A stretch of 64,000 nt of DNA from Massalongia carnosa. Its lineage: Eukaryota. Position numbers and translations under genes: made by a program. Where the stretch lies: positions 248,001-312,000 of the forward strand of contig OZ287069.1 in the NCBI GenBank assembly GCA_965645245.1, in the 5' to 3' direction. A model generated the notes under the pieces. It saw only the letters and a list, made by a program, of their open reading frames with translations, made no database searches and was not told where the DNA came from. The first letter of the stretch is position 1, and each line of letters begins with the position of its first letter. Positions 12,580 to 25,057 of this stretch are shown piece by piece.

Positions 12580-15500
12580 CTATTCCTGGCAGCGGCAACG
12601 GGGTAGATTGCAAGGGGTGTGATGTGGTCCGGCAGCTGTGGAGTAAGCCTGATGATATTCGTTTAGAGCTTGCTGACAGTTGGTTAGGAAATTGAAAGGT
12701 TCCCATGTGGGATTGTGACCTTCCCAATTAACGAAATATTGAAGGAGTGGAGGTTGAAATCGTCGGTGGTATTTGGAGTTCAATATGCTGTTCACATACC
12801 ATTCTCGCTGTCCGTCTTCTGCTTCGACAGGTTCACGAGGGGCGGGATGCTGGCCAGGAAGGGGGTCATCTGCTTCATGCTGCAGAAGGTTCGCATGGAA
12901 AACTGGGTGGTTTTTGACACCAGGAGGAAGCTCCAATGGTATCACCAGAGGGTTTGAGAAAACTCGACTGACCGCATAGGGTCCGATGTTTCGATCGTCT
13001 AACTTGACGGTGGGTCTCGCTGTCTGAAGATTCTTTGTGTTTAACCATACCATATCACCCACTTTATAGCGGGGGCATGGTCGGCGGTTTGCATTGGCAG
13101 TGGATTCATAGATGGCTTGAGCGATTAACATTTCATCATGAATATGAGTTTCTAAGTCTCTCATCCTGTCCGCGAACTTATTAGCTGCGATCAGATTATT
13201 TCGACTTTGAGCGGTAATGTCCGTCGGGAAAGGCTCGGAGGGTTCGAATCCTATACGGGGGTGTTGACCAGAATTTGCTAGAAATGGCGAAGCAAGAGTT
13301 GTGGAAGAGTCCGTATTATTAGCCGCGAATTCGGCGCCTGGTAGCCACTTGGCCCAATCATCCTGCATATGGTTGACATAGGCTCTAAGGTAATGCTCCA
13401 TAGAGGCGTTGGCTCGTTCTGTCTGGCCATCGGTTTCCGGGTGGTATCCGGTGGACAACCGTGCGTCGATTTTTAGCCGCTTACACAGCAATTCCCATAG
13501 TTCTGATACGAACTGCGAACCTCGATCTGATACGAGAACATCCGATAGGCCATGATGCTTCCATACATTCTGATAGAAGGCATCTACGGCTTCTTCGACT
13601 TCCATGGATGTGACTGGAGCCAGATGGCGCATCTTGGTTAGGCGATCTATGAAAACTAGAATGTACCGATAGGTGATTCCCATGAAGGTGCTGGCCGAGA
13701 GGGGTCCGACATAATCCATAGCAACATCGCGCCAGCGACGCTCAGGTGGAGGTAAGGGCCTAAGCCACCCCTAATAACGTTCACGGGAGGGTTTGGCTCT
13801 TTTGCAGACATGGCAGTTTCTGACGAATCGTTGCACCGTTTTGTGCATGCTAGGCCACCAATAGGAGCGACTGATGAGTTCATAACATTTGGCACGGCCT
13901 GGGTGTCCACCTGCGACACTATTGTGAGCGAGTTGTAGGATTCTTAGGCGAAGGCTATCTGATTTGGGTACGTATTGTCGATTTCTGAAGTACAAAATCC
14001 CATTTCTGTCTTCGCACTCTGCTAGTTGTATACCGCTATGATATCTCGATCCGTTTCGAAGCATTTCTAGAACACGGGGTGAAAACTTATCTCTATCCAG
14101 GGCTCGGTTCCAAAGGTCCTGAGTGGCCACGTCCATTGGGTCATCGTCGGGGTTTAGCTGATCAGTAACTAAATCTAGTTGGGGTTCTTCATGATCCGTC
14201 TCTGTGTCATCATCCTCGTCAAGATCTTGTTCTTGATCAAGAATAGCAGGAGCGAGCACTATGGGGTCTGGGGAGGTTCCAACCACGGTTGAATTGAAGC
14301 TCTCGGCTACTCCGTCGTCTAGGTTATGCGTTTTCAGTATCGTCTGATGCTGAAATGAGTTCCGCTCATCGGTTTCATCCACTTCTTCAGGGAGGTCTCC
14401 TGACCGTCGAGATAGGGCATCCGGTTTACCACCGGCTCTCCCAGGTCGGTAGACTATCTTATAGTCGAATCGAGATAGAAACTCACTCCATCGGGCCTGG
14501 CGCCGACTCAAAAGCTTGGTAGAGGTGAAATATTCCAGGTTCTTATGGTCTGAAATAACATCGATGGGTTGGGCGGAGCCTTCTAGTTCAGGTCTCCATT
14601 CCTCGAAAGCTCGAACTATGGCCATGAGTTCTTTGTCATAGATCTCATAGTTACACTCGGCAGGGTTATGTTTTTTCGAGAAGTATGCGACGGGACGCAA
14701 GATATCTTTTTCATCATATTGCGATAGGATACCCGCCGATACAAAGTCGGAGGCGTCCGTTTCGACCACGATTTTCTTGTCTGGATCAAAGTGCATGAGA
14801 ATAAGATCGGAGGTAAATGCTTTTTTCATCGTATTGAAGGCTTGCTGACAATCGCCAGTCCAGGAGAATTTCGTTCCCTTCTTGGTTAGGTTCGTCAACG
14901 GCGAGGCTATTTTACTGAACCCCAATACGAAACGCCTGTAGAAATTGGCGAATCCTAGAAAGCTTTGAACATCCCTAACGTTAACGGGCGCAGGCCAATT
15001 GATGACGGTATCGATCTTGGCAGGATCCATCTTGACTCCTTTAGTAGTGACGATGAGACCCAAATAGGGGACCTCGGTGACTCCGAAGGCGCACTTGGTG
15101 ATGTCCGCTTGGAGTCCGGCCTCTCGGAGTTTGACAAGGACTTGTTTTACATGTAGGTCATGTTCGATTTCGTCATCACTATAGATGAGGATGTCATCTA
15201 GATACGCGGTGCAGAATCTATCTAGGTATTCCCTCAGGGTGTCATTGATATAATGTTGAAACGAGGTAGGTCCGTTGCACAGACCGAAAGGCATGACAAG
15301 ATATTCGTAGAGACCGAAACGAGTCCGGAAAGCAGTAAGTTCTTCGTCTCCCTCTTTGATTCTCAGGCGATTGAATGCTGATATAATATCCAACTTGGTA
15401 AATATCTTGGCTTTGCACAAACGGTTGAGGGTCTCGGTGATTAGAGGTATTGGATAACGATTTTTTATGGTGACAGCGTTTAGTCCTCGGTAGTCGACGC

Positions 15501-16906
15501 AGAATCGAAGTCCTCCGCCGGGATTCTTAACAAACATAACCGGGGAGGCTGCATGTGAGCGGCTAGATCGAATGAATCCTTTGGTGAGATTCTCATCTAG
15601 ATAACGACGAAGTTCCTGGATCTCATCACGACTCATCCCGTAAAGAGCTTGATTAGGTGGTTGAAAACCTTCTTTTAAGACGATGGCGTGATCATAGGAG
15701 CGGTGTTCCGGTAGTTTATCAGACTCCTTTCTGGAAAAGACATCTAGGTAGTCGTGGTATTGCTTTGGAAGCAGAGGTGCCGGGTCAACGTTCTTTTGCT
15801 GCCGAACGTGCTCAAGTTCTTCTTGAGTGAAGGAGGTTTCTAGGCTGAGTTCATTGTGCATTCTGCAAATGGCTAGGTGCATGTCCTTATCACTTGGACA
15901 GGCCTTGGTGTTAAAAGGGGGGAAAACTTGGGTTGCTATTAACTTAATAGATGACCTGGAGCTAGGGCTAGGGGGTTTTAAAGGCGATTCTATCCTAAGA
16001 ACCGGTCTATTTCTTGGAGGGAGATACTGAATATCTCGTGGTCCTTCTGTCTTGCGAGGCGGTCGAATGTGCCGGCGCTCACCTCACTGACTCGAAGCTG
16101 GGCTGGGTAGGTTGGTGCGGATTCAACCGCGGTTAGTTTACTGGGCAGGGGGTTTGAGGTATGTAGGCGAGGTGCTAAACGAACTAGCTCCCGGACCGGT
16201 ATCGGATCCTAGGGGAGATGCCTTTTTGCATGGCGGTTAGGATTCGACTGGGACCGTCTTCAGCCTGAAAGTCAAATTTCGATGGTTCTGTTTGACTAGA
16301 TTGCAGAATGGTTTCTTGATCTTTAGTCTCCCATACCTTCTGACTTTCGGCAGGCATAAGGAACTGTTCTTCCTCGGCGGTGGTTGAATGAACCATTACG
16401 GGGCCGGGACAGCAATGTGCTAGGCAAAATGGAGAGGATAATGACAGGGTATTATTGGCGAAGTTAGTGATAGCGCCATGTCGACGCAGCCATGGGTGTC
16501 CTAGGACGATGGGGTAATGTCTTAATCCGGTCACATATAGGAACAGTTTCTCTATGTGTTCATTGAGATCCATGCTTACTTCTGCCACATGGGTGATGTT
16601 TCCGGTCAGAGCAGGCTGACCATCGAAACCTAGGAGTCGGCGAGGGTATTTAAGGGGGTGAAGGGGGAATTGATGAAGGTGCGTGAATTCTTTATCGACG
16701 AATGAGTAACCTGATGCACCACAGTCCATGAGAATTAAAGCTCTTATCCTTGCTTGCAGACGACGTAATATACATGAGACAACCATATGGCTGTCTTTGA
16801 AAGTTTCATCGTTTTCAAACAAGGTCAAAGCGGACGCTGCAGAAAAACGAGCGTTGGACATTAAGGGGGGTGAAAATGATGCAGAAAGGACACATGCAGA
16901 AATCAA
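12580..16906 (-). pseudogene. Gypsy pol: protease, RT, RNase H, integrase, chromodomain
   Basis: LMDCGAS (PR); YLDDILIY (RT); ETDASD, ELMAIV (RH); HNSVAGGH..CHVC, VSDRGSQF, ETDGQTER (IN); WYVNSIL..YFVNWEG..TWEP (chromo). In-frame TAG at 13771 and a break at about 15.9-16.2 kb. Confidence 0.93.
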
Positions 16907-16950
16907 TAAATCAGACTTTCGAAACCCTCGTATGCGACTGAATACAGGGC

Positions 16951-18174
16951 TCAGGCTTTTCCCGCTGCATCGTCAGAGGCGTCGGAGTCGTTGTAAAGGA
17001 CAAGAGACCGAATAGTAGACGGGGCCTTCTTGTTGGGACAGTCGATTGCGGTCTTCCCAGGGTGCGATTGCTTACAGTAGAAGCATAGTCTCCATTGCTC
17101 GCAGATTTCCTTGACTCCGGGGACTTTCAGGCTTTGGCCCTTGACAGCGGCCATGGCGGAGCTGAGGTCCATCGGATCCCCTGCGAGAAGAGAAGGAATC
17201 GCAGCAGGGGTGACGGCTGGAGCGACGACGATGGTGGAGGAGCGGGGGGCAGGACTCCTGACAACGGCAGTGGTGGTGGCGACGGATGCCCCCTTTTTAG
17301 TTGAGGAGTTGCTAATTGATGCTCCAGAGGCTTGGCGTGGCGAGATATGCCTGATTTGACGAATTTTTCGATCCGTTTGGGCCCACATTGCAACATGTTC
17401 GTCGAAGGTGACGGGCTCCTGATTGGTTCCGGGGACTCGATAATGGATGGCCGCTGTTTGGGTGGAATAGTTGATGTTGGCCTTCATCGCATCGATGAGG
17501 GAGGCGTCTTCCATTCTAGATCGTTCCTTCTTCTGAGAGAAAAGGTTATAATATTACTCAAAGGTTAGGTTACCCTGTTTCAGGGTGTCTCGCAAATATT
17601 TACGGGCATCATCTTGCTCGAAGGGGTTACCACAGGCCAGACGAAGTTTCGCTCTCCAGTCCGAAAAAGAGGTTAGGCGGCATAAGCCATCTATCCGGTA
17701 GGGAGTCATGAGCAGATGGGCTCGCTGGCTGATGGTGAGTCTGCTCTCCGCATAAGCTATCTTGGCCTCATCGGAAAAGTATCGGTCATGGTTAATGTGC
17801 ATTTTTTGAATTAGATTCTGTTCCCAAACATCGAGTTTGTCCTCGTCACCGTCATACTCCGGTATGTCAGGAAGTTTCTCGGACCTGGGCGGAAACGCTG
17901 GTCGTTTCATTAGCTGTTCTATAATGGCGGCCAGCTGGGAGCTCGGAACGGAAGGAGAAGGAGTTGATGACGGGGTTGCCAATAATGGGTTGGGAGACGT
18001 TTGATTAATGGCTGGAGGAACCGCGTTTCGAATCTCAGCTAATTGTCGTTCCAGGTCTCGATAGGCGGCGATGAACTCGTCCGGGTTATTGCTGACATGA
18101 TCTCGCTCCTTTTGGGCTACCTCAGGTTCCTGAGGCAGATTTGAGGTTTCTTCTTGAAAAGACATGATTAACAA
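16951..18174 (-). pseudogene. Gypsy gag with one in-frame stop (TAA at 17554)
   Basis: ORFs 17554-18174 and 16951-17514 share a frame. LPDIPEYDG, GDPMDLS and CFYCKQSH..IDC knuckle. Confidence 0.88.
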
Positions 18175-19552
18175 ACGTTATAGGGGAAAGAGAAAACAAA
18201 GAAACACTTGAATGTGGGTCGGACGTAATGTCACGGACAAGGTCCAGATAGGGAGATATGCAAGAGTTACTATTAGAAAGCTAGGTCTAGGGATAGTATA
18301 CAAGACGTCTGATGAAGAGCTCCAAACACATGAGATACCACATAGGTTTTGTAGCCATGGCTTCCAACTCCCCTATTCTTGACTTGCCCTCATCTCTATT
18401 CCTATTCTAATTTCCTAACCATGATCGCTTTGACCTGTTCCGCCTTTCTCCATGCCGAAGCAATCTCTCTCTGCTAGGCAATCCCAGTCGTAGGCTTGGA
18501 TAGTGGAGACGTTGAGATTGGATTCGGGATATAGGAGTTTGGGAGTGCACTGAAGGCAGCGGAAGAACGTCTGAACACATGGGGTGAGGTTTCAAGATAT
18601 AACGGGCCACGGTTCCATTCAACATGCAGGGCAGGTTTCACGGCAAGAGAGCCTGTTAAATACTAACCCGATCAGGAAACGTGGGAGGGTGCGAGGTAAT
18701 TCCATGACACGATCGCCCGACGCCTCGACCTCGAGGGGAAATACTTTTTCTTCGAGTTTCGACTAGGTCTCGACTAGTGATAAAAACTGATCTGATATCT
18801 TCTCTAACGCATTGAGCACGAAATATTAAAAAAAAATCATGGAGAGCTCAAATATCTAACCGTCAAGTCGATATTAATGTAAAGCCGTCATTTATATGTT
18901 CTCTCTCAAGTAAAAACGAAAAAAAAAACGGTAACTAACGATATTCCCCCTTTTGATATCAGTAACCCTTTCTTTTGTTAGCGATACTCCTGCTGTTTGG
19001 TAAAGAGTTTAAAAGAAGTCTTAAAGTCATTGACCCGACTCTTCTGACAAGTTGCCGATATTCTAACCTCGTATTGCTTAACACCTCACAGACGCTTCTC
19101 AGAACACTTTCGGTCCATCTTTTGATTTCAGGAAGAGAAGAACGAAGCCGATGAGGTCGCCAAACAGGAGGAAATCCAAACGTCGCAGGCTTCGCTCTCC
19201 TTCGATTCCATTGGACCGGGCCTTACAAAGGGAGGACTTCGAAGCCAGCATCCCTAGCCCTAGCATGGGAGGCTATATTTATCCATAGGTAAGTTTCTTG
19301 GTTGGTTTGCGGCTGATTTGGGGTTGGCTTTGGGGTTGATTTGGAAGAAAAGTTGATTGAAAACACAAAATTAAGATGGGGTTGGAATGTTGATTTTGGG
19401 GGATTAAACCTGATAAGGAGATAGATAAGATAGATATCTAGCTCCGATCAATATAAGTTTTCTTCATAACTCCCATATTGACGTCGTCGTTGTTGGGGAC
19501 AGCGAGGTGAAATGAGGAAATTAAGGTTTGGAGATGGTACGAAATAGGGGTA

Positions 19553-20565
19553 CAGTCCCGTGTCAAAAGTTTCCGACTCTACCAGTTAAATGGTATATCA
19601 GGTAGGGAGGAGAGAAGACTGCATCAAGGTGTGTTCTATTGAGATCTGTCTACTCCGTACATGGCTATTATATACTGCCTAGCGCGCCAAGGCTCGCAGG
19701 GCTGCGCTACACCTATAAAGGGGGTTGGAGGATAATTTAACACTACCCGCGATTTTCGTGATTTCGCGTTTTACCTACCAACCCATCAACTTTGACCTCA
19801 TCATTTCATCATGCCACGCACTCCGTTGACTTCAATTTCTGGTAATAAGCCTCGTAATACCGAATTGAATCAATGTCAAAGACGTAAGTTATGATTATTG
19901 GAGCCCAGGCATTGGGGCATGCACCGGCCGAAATTACAAAGACATTAAATATGCCTCGAACCACCATCATTTACACTCTTCAAAAACACCCAGAACGCAA
20001 CAACGAAAAGTCCAAATCGCGTTCGGGTCGGCCTGGAATATTTTCGGACCGCGATCGAAGACGTATCATCAAACTTGCACGAATCAATCCACGCATCACC
20101 TACGCGCAGCTGCGTACGGAGGTTGGGGTGCAATGTAGTCGATCCACTTTCTATTGGACGCTTAAAGACTATGGTCTAACAAACTGACTGGCTAAAAAGC
20201 GGCCTTTATTGACGCCCGAGGTGGCAAGAAGAGACTGGACTGGTGCTTGCTTCGGCGTGAGTGGACTTTTGAGCATTGGTCAAAAATAATATGGTCAGAC
20301 GAGTGCTCGGTCGAAAAGGGGTCGGGAAAACAGCGTCAATAGGTGTTCAGATTTCCAGACGAAAAATGGAAAAAACCTATGATACAATCGTACGGCAAAG
20401 GGAAAGAGGTCAAGGTCATGGTATGAGGGGCATTTTAGGGGGGGGGAGGTCGGATCTTTATAAATTGGCCCGCGATTTCGAGGCAAAGAAGATGGGGTAC
20501 TCCGCGAATTCATATTTGGAATTATTGAACGATAATCTGCTTGGAATTTGGGAACCAGGTCTCAT
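19553..20565 (+). mobile_element. Truncated Tc1/mariner element (left TIR + 5' part of transposase)
   Basis: TA|CAGTCCCGTGTCAAAAGTTTCCGAC terminus. Frameshifted transposase from ATG 19811 with RSGRP, HTH, WSDECSVE. Sequence stops just before the expected second catalytic Asp. No right TIR seen. Confidence 0.85.
19584..19742. mobile_element. Small solo LTR (159 bp) inside the Tc1 left end
   Basis: Termini AGTTAAAT...ATTTAACA (one mismatch from TG...CA inverted ends); 5-bp TSD CTACC at 19579-19583 and 19743-19747. Confidence 0.75.
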
Positions 20566-20673
20566 GAGATGCATCAGCACTGATCTCTAAGCATCACGCA
20601 GGACCAAAGGGATCTATCTTACATCGTGCTTGGTCTCGTCGACCTTGTGGCCAACAGCATCTTTGGCAGCGGT
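20566..20673 (-). other. Inverted 108-bp duplicate of grg1 exon 3/intron 3 (source 50278-50385)
   Basis: Reverse complement matches 50278-50385 with 2 mismatches by manual alignment and encodes TAAKDAVGHKVDETKHD. Confidence 0.95.
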
Positions 20674-21104
20674 TGTAAATAGGTGATAAAACTGGTGAAA
20701 TTGGAAAAAATATAATGCATTCCCGGTTGATAAATGAGCAGTTAGGATGTGCAGTTGATATCTATCTATGGTATGAATAATAACAGCTAACGGTCGTAGG
20801 TTGCGGTCGAGAAGTGTTGCAAAAAGCTGCAAAATAGGTGGTAAAATGGGTGAATCCTGAGATTGAAACTACGCAGATCGCTTGCCTACGCTAGAGGTGG
20901 TACACCTCGTATGGAGGCAGCTAAGCGAGGCCGACGATTAATAATTGAAGTAAAACTACGTTGCATGTAATTGATTATTTATAACATCGATAATCTCTAA
21001 ATCATCTTATCAAATAATTGTTCCCTCTTATGTCCAAGATAAACCTTTAGACAGCAGCTGAAGGATGAACAGGGCTAGGCGTTCTGTTACATGACATTTC
21101 CTAA

Positions 21105-22955
21105 ATGGCACATCGAGAATTCAGCTATCAGTCTCTTGTTAAACCTACTGACATTCGGGTCCTTCGACTCCAGCCCGGCGCAGGTGAAGAACCAGTTAAA
21201 TGTACACTGATCCACTATTCGCTGGAAACACGCGATCCACCTTACACTGCCCTATCCTACACTTGGGGCGATCTCAACGATCGACGTGATATCCTTTGCA
21301 ATGGCAAACTGATTTCTGTCACGGCAAATCTGCACTCCTCATTACGAAGAATACGACTTCGTGATAAGGATTACCTGTTATGGGTAGACGCAATATGCAT
21401 TAATCAGTCCGATATTTCGGAACGGGAAGCTCAGGTTAGAATCATGCGAAATATATATGAGCAGGCGTCCGAAGTGATTGCGGATGTCGGGGATTGGGCC
21501 GAAGATCCTGGACTGGCGTTTCAGCTTGCTTCCGATGTCATTGGAGTTGTCAGGGACCTCGATGATTCCGTCATTGTCATGGAATCTCACTTCGAGAGAT
21601 ATGGCCTTCCTCCTTCGCATCATCAGGCATGGAAGGCGTGGACTGCCTTTCTTGGTCGCCCATGGTTTACTCGTGTTTGGGTCATTCAAGAGTTCGCGCT
21701 TCCTTCCAATGTAAGGATGTTATGTGGCGAAACATTCTTTCCTTGTACAGCTTTGTATCATACAATTGTTCAGATGATTCAACATGGAATGGGAGAGAAT
21801 CAGAGATCTGCTCATGATGGATACATGCAAAGAATGGCATCATCGCGGAGCTGTCTGGGAATCATGAATATGTCAATCGCAAGGCAGGCCATTGAACAGC
21901 ATGCTCCACAAACTCTATTGAAGTTACTTGAATCGAGCCGGAGCTGTGAGGCTAGTGATGACAGAGACAAGATTTATGCTCTTCTAGGCCTGTCGGCGGA
22001 CGCGGCGGATCTGTCATTGGATATCAATTATTCGGAGTCTTCATCGCAGGTCTTTCAAAGGGTGGCTCGTCGTCTGCTTCTGGCAGAAGGTGGGGTTGAG
22101 ACTCTCTATGGAGCAGGAGGGTCCAGGAAGCTGCAAGACCTCCCATCGTGGACACCTGATTGGAGCTGTCGGAAAGCGGCAAGTCATCTCGGAGGTCTTC
22201 GTGATTCAAACCAACACCTAATTTATCACGCTTCGCGTGATTCTAGCTTCAATGTACATTTTATTGAAGATAGCAAGTGCTTGGTTGTTGTTGGTTGCGT
22301 TGTGGATGAGATTAGGGTCCTCGGAGGCGCATTTTTTTGGGATACACATGATTCATCCATCGACGACCTTGTGATTTGGGACAAATTGCGTGCGTGGGAG
22401 ACTGAAGCTAGAGGTCTGGTTAATCATATCACAAGTTATCCAGGGGCACATAGCGTTTACGATGCATATTGGAGAACTTGTATCGGCAACAAGACCCATC
22501 TAGAAGCCGAAGCCGAAGCTCCAGCGGAGTATGCCGAATCCTTCGCGGCTTTGTTGAAAATTCAAAAAATCTACCAAGAGACGGCGCCCATTTCGCAACA
22601 TAAAACCCCTTTTTTCGCCTCCAATCTAACTTCCGAAACCGAAGCCAAAGAATTCGCCCGTTTAGAAATCAAATCGAGACCGTACAGACTCAGTCAACAA
22701 GTCATGCTGTGGGGTAGAAGATTTTGCGTGACGAGCAAAGGCTACTTTGGCATGGTGACCGAAAACACCCTCGCAGGGGATTCGATTTGCATTGTCATGG
22801 GCAGTGCTGTGCCGTTCATAGTCCGCAAGACCGAGGTTCCTCAGTCTTCCTCTTCAAACTATTCTCTTCAGGGAGAGTGTTATATCCATGGTATTATGAA
22901 CGGTGAAGCGCTCGACGCGGAGGATTTTAAGGTCAAAGATATCAATTTACAATAA
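21105..22955 (+). CDS. Heterokaryon-incompatibility (HET, het-6-like) domain protein, 616 aa, intronless, intact
   Basis: IRVLRL, YTALSYTWG, LWVDAICINQ, QVRIMRNIY, PWFTRVWVIQE, DKIYALLGL, LPSWTPDW, GECYIHGIMNGEA. Confidence 0.93.
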   Translation: MAHREFSYQSLVKPTDIRVLRLQPGAGEEPVKCTLIHYSLETRDPPYTALSYTWGDLNDRRDILCNGKLISVTANLHSSLRRIRLRDKDYLLWVDAICINQSDISEREAQVRIMRNIYEQASEVIADVGDWAEDPGLAFQLASDVIGVVRDLDDSVIVMESHFERYGLPPSHHQAWKAWTAFLGRPWFTRVWVIQEFALPSNVRMLCGETFFPCTALYHTIVQMIQHGMGENQRSAHDGYMQRMASSRSCLGIMNMSIARQAIEQHAPQTLLKLLESSRSCEASDDRDKIYALLGLSADAADLSLDINYSESSSQVFQRVARRLLLAEGGVETLYGAGGSRKLQDLPSWTPDWSCRKAASHLGGLRDSNQHLIYHASRDSSFNVHFIEDSKCLVVVGCVVDEIRVLGGAFFWDTHDSSIDDLVIWDKLRAWETEARGLVNHITSYPGAHSVYDAYWRTCIGNKTHLEAEAEAPAEYAESFAALLKIQKIYQETAPISQHKTPFFASNLTSETEAKEFARLEIKSRPYRLSQQVMLWGRRFCVTSKGYFGMVTENTLAGDSICIVMGSAVPFIVRKTEVPQSSSSNYSLQGECYIHGIMNGEALDAEDFKVKDINLQ

Positions 22956-23275
22956 AACTTCTTTGAGATTACTGAATTATTATTTGAGGTCTTTAGTAAA
23001 ATTCACATGTATCCAAAAAAAAAAACTTATTTTGGTTGCAGAAAATATTCTCATAATCATTCAATATTAGAAACCGTTTTTTAACTTTTTATTCTTATCT
23101 ACATCTAACTTCAATGAATGCAACTTGTATTCCTTTCCCCAGAAACGACACCTCGCTCCCTCTTTCTTTCATTCTTGACTACTTCCATCTTGAGTTCTTT
23201 CACTTCATACTCGAACATTCATTTCTTGATTCCTTCATCCTTTCCTCAACTCCTTAAAAGGCCTTATACCCAGAA

Positions 23276-24519
23276 ATGGCACCACGGAAGCCCAAATCAG
23301 TGACAGTACAATGGCTACAACGAAATGTTCTCGCCAACCAAGCAACAGTGGGCTCGATTCCTGATTTAATGTTCCTACAAGAACATATCTTGAAGCTGGA
23401 GGAGACCATCCCAGTTGTCAGTCCCCTATTGAATCAGTTACCGAAAATTGATCTTGGTTTGATCGATACTCCATTAGCGTCCGGCCAGCAACCTCAATTT
23501 CCAAGAGGTCTTGAAGATTTTCGGCTTGACAGAGGGTGATAAAGGCACTTCATGGTCAATAGATTCGTACGAGGTGTATGAGCCTCCTGCTGCACTAGGT
23601 AATCTATGTCCGCTATCTCCCACCTGGCTATAAAGATCCGATTGATAGTATTGCAGAAATCATTCAGAGAGAGAACGATTTTGTGACCAGCGGAGCGCCA
23701 ATCCACGAGGCCTATGCTCGCTGTCTCTTGACCAGCATTCTTGTCTGTTGTGTAGGGGACGAAAGACGTTTGGCGACAGCGGCAATATAAAGCGAATCAT
23801 CCACAACCTCCCATTCGCCATCAACAGCTTCATCCCATGAGCCTGAACCAGCCCAGTTGACCCTCCGCTTCGAGACTGAATTGAAGTATCGTGTAAAACA
23901 CAAAAATGAGGCTCGGATGCTCGACGGAATTGCGGATTACACCCTGTGGTACGACCAGTCCGCAAGCTATGGTGCAAACCTTATCGTTGTGGGAGCAAAA
24001 AGACGCCAAATAACAGGAGAGGCCGACGCGCAAGTGGTGGCATACATGCGTATGGGCTATTTCTTGAAGTGATTGATTCCGATACTAATAATTGATAGGT
24101 ATAGTCCAGAAAAATCGGCTTGAGGAACGGCGGCGCAGTGATGTAGTTTATGGGATTTTCACCGATGGTGATGAGTTCCTGTTCTGGAGGATTGACAATG
24201 ATGGAGCGGTATGATATATCCTTGCATGCATTGTCAATGCTGGGTGGCTGTTGTTGATTGATTAATACAGATATCGCGCAGCCTTCTCAGGGAATGGCAG
24301 AGATGGCATCAATCACAGATCACTTCATTTATTAGATACATTGTCCGCGCAGCAATTGCGTCATCACTTCCAACAGCCCCAATCAAGGATCCGAAGAAAC
24401 GAGAAGTAAGCCTATCTGTTTTCAGAGATAGTACGATGAAGAGGCTCTTTGACTTCGGTAACTTGGCGCTCGAACCCGATGACGAGGACACGGAGATCTT
24501 AGATATACCTGATATCTGA
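23276..24519 (+). pseudogene. Fungal PD-(D/E)XK restriction-endonuclease-like protein, degenerate, three introns
   Basis: Spliced reading gives GIADYTLWY...LIVVGAK...AQVVAYM|GIVQKNR...VYGIFTDGDEFLFWRID. Frameshift near 23480, in-frame TAA near 23788, and Gly where the E of ExK is expected. Confidence 0.6.
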
Positions 24520-25057
24520 ACGAAGACTATTCGGCTTCAAGGGCGTGCTGCGGAAGGAAGTAAAAATTTCTCCATCAAGATATGTCGGTTGGTGCGATAG
24601 GTAAGAGGCTTCAAACTACACTTTGTTTTCGATTCCGTTTCCGTTTTCGTCTTTTTCTTGTTTCAGATTTGATTTGCATCCGGAAGCGATAAACAGAATC
24701 CTTTGGCTAATTACAGAGACAGATTCAGAGTAAGTCGTGACTCAAGTTGCGGGGAACCAAGGAAGATTTGTTGAGTGCAGGTTTGCCGGTCCAGTTCCTA
24801 TGTGCCGCGAGTCAACTGGCGAGGGACTTCAGACAACCTATAGTTTGGCTTTCAACTTTTGAACCTTTGCTGGAGAAGAAGATTACCCTAGCTTGTGTTG
24901 CCAAGATTGAAAGTTTAGACTATGTTAGGAATTGTATCTGACAGAGGAGTAACGTGGTTTTTCTAGAGGCTATTGGAATCATGTAGCTACGTATAACGGT
25001 TAAGTAGTAGAGGTAGATCGCCTTTGATTCAATCCACCCCCAAAGCAGCATCCTTGA

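Larger units (their letters stand above)
12067..18709 (-). mobile_element. Ty3/Gypsy chromovirus LTR retrotransposon, full length, degenerate
   Basis: LTRs 12067-12542 and 18229-18709 (TGTCA...TGACA), TSD CGATC, purine-rich tract next to the 3' LTR, order gag-PR-RT-RH-IN-chromodomain. Confidence 0.97.

Noticed and set aside
18715..19550. Gene or TE remnant between Gypsy and Tc1
   Set aside because: No convincing ORF, TIR pair or TSD could be read.
20614..20832. 72-aa ORF ending in Grg1-like peptide as a second grg1 gene
   Set aside because: Only 17 codons match grg1, then intron sequence follows. The rest is unrelated and starts at TTG.
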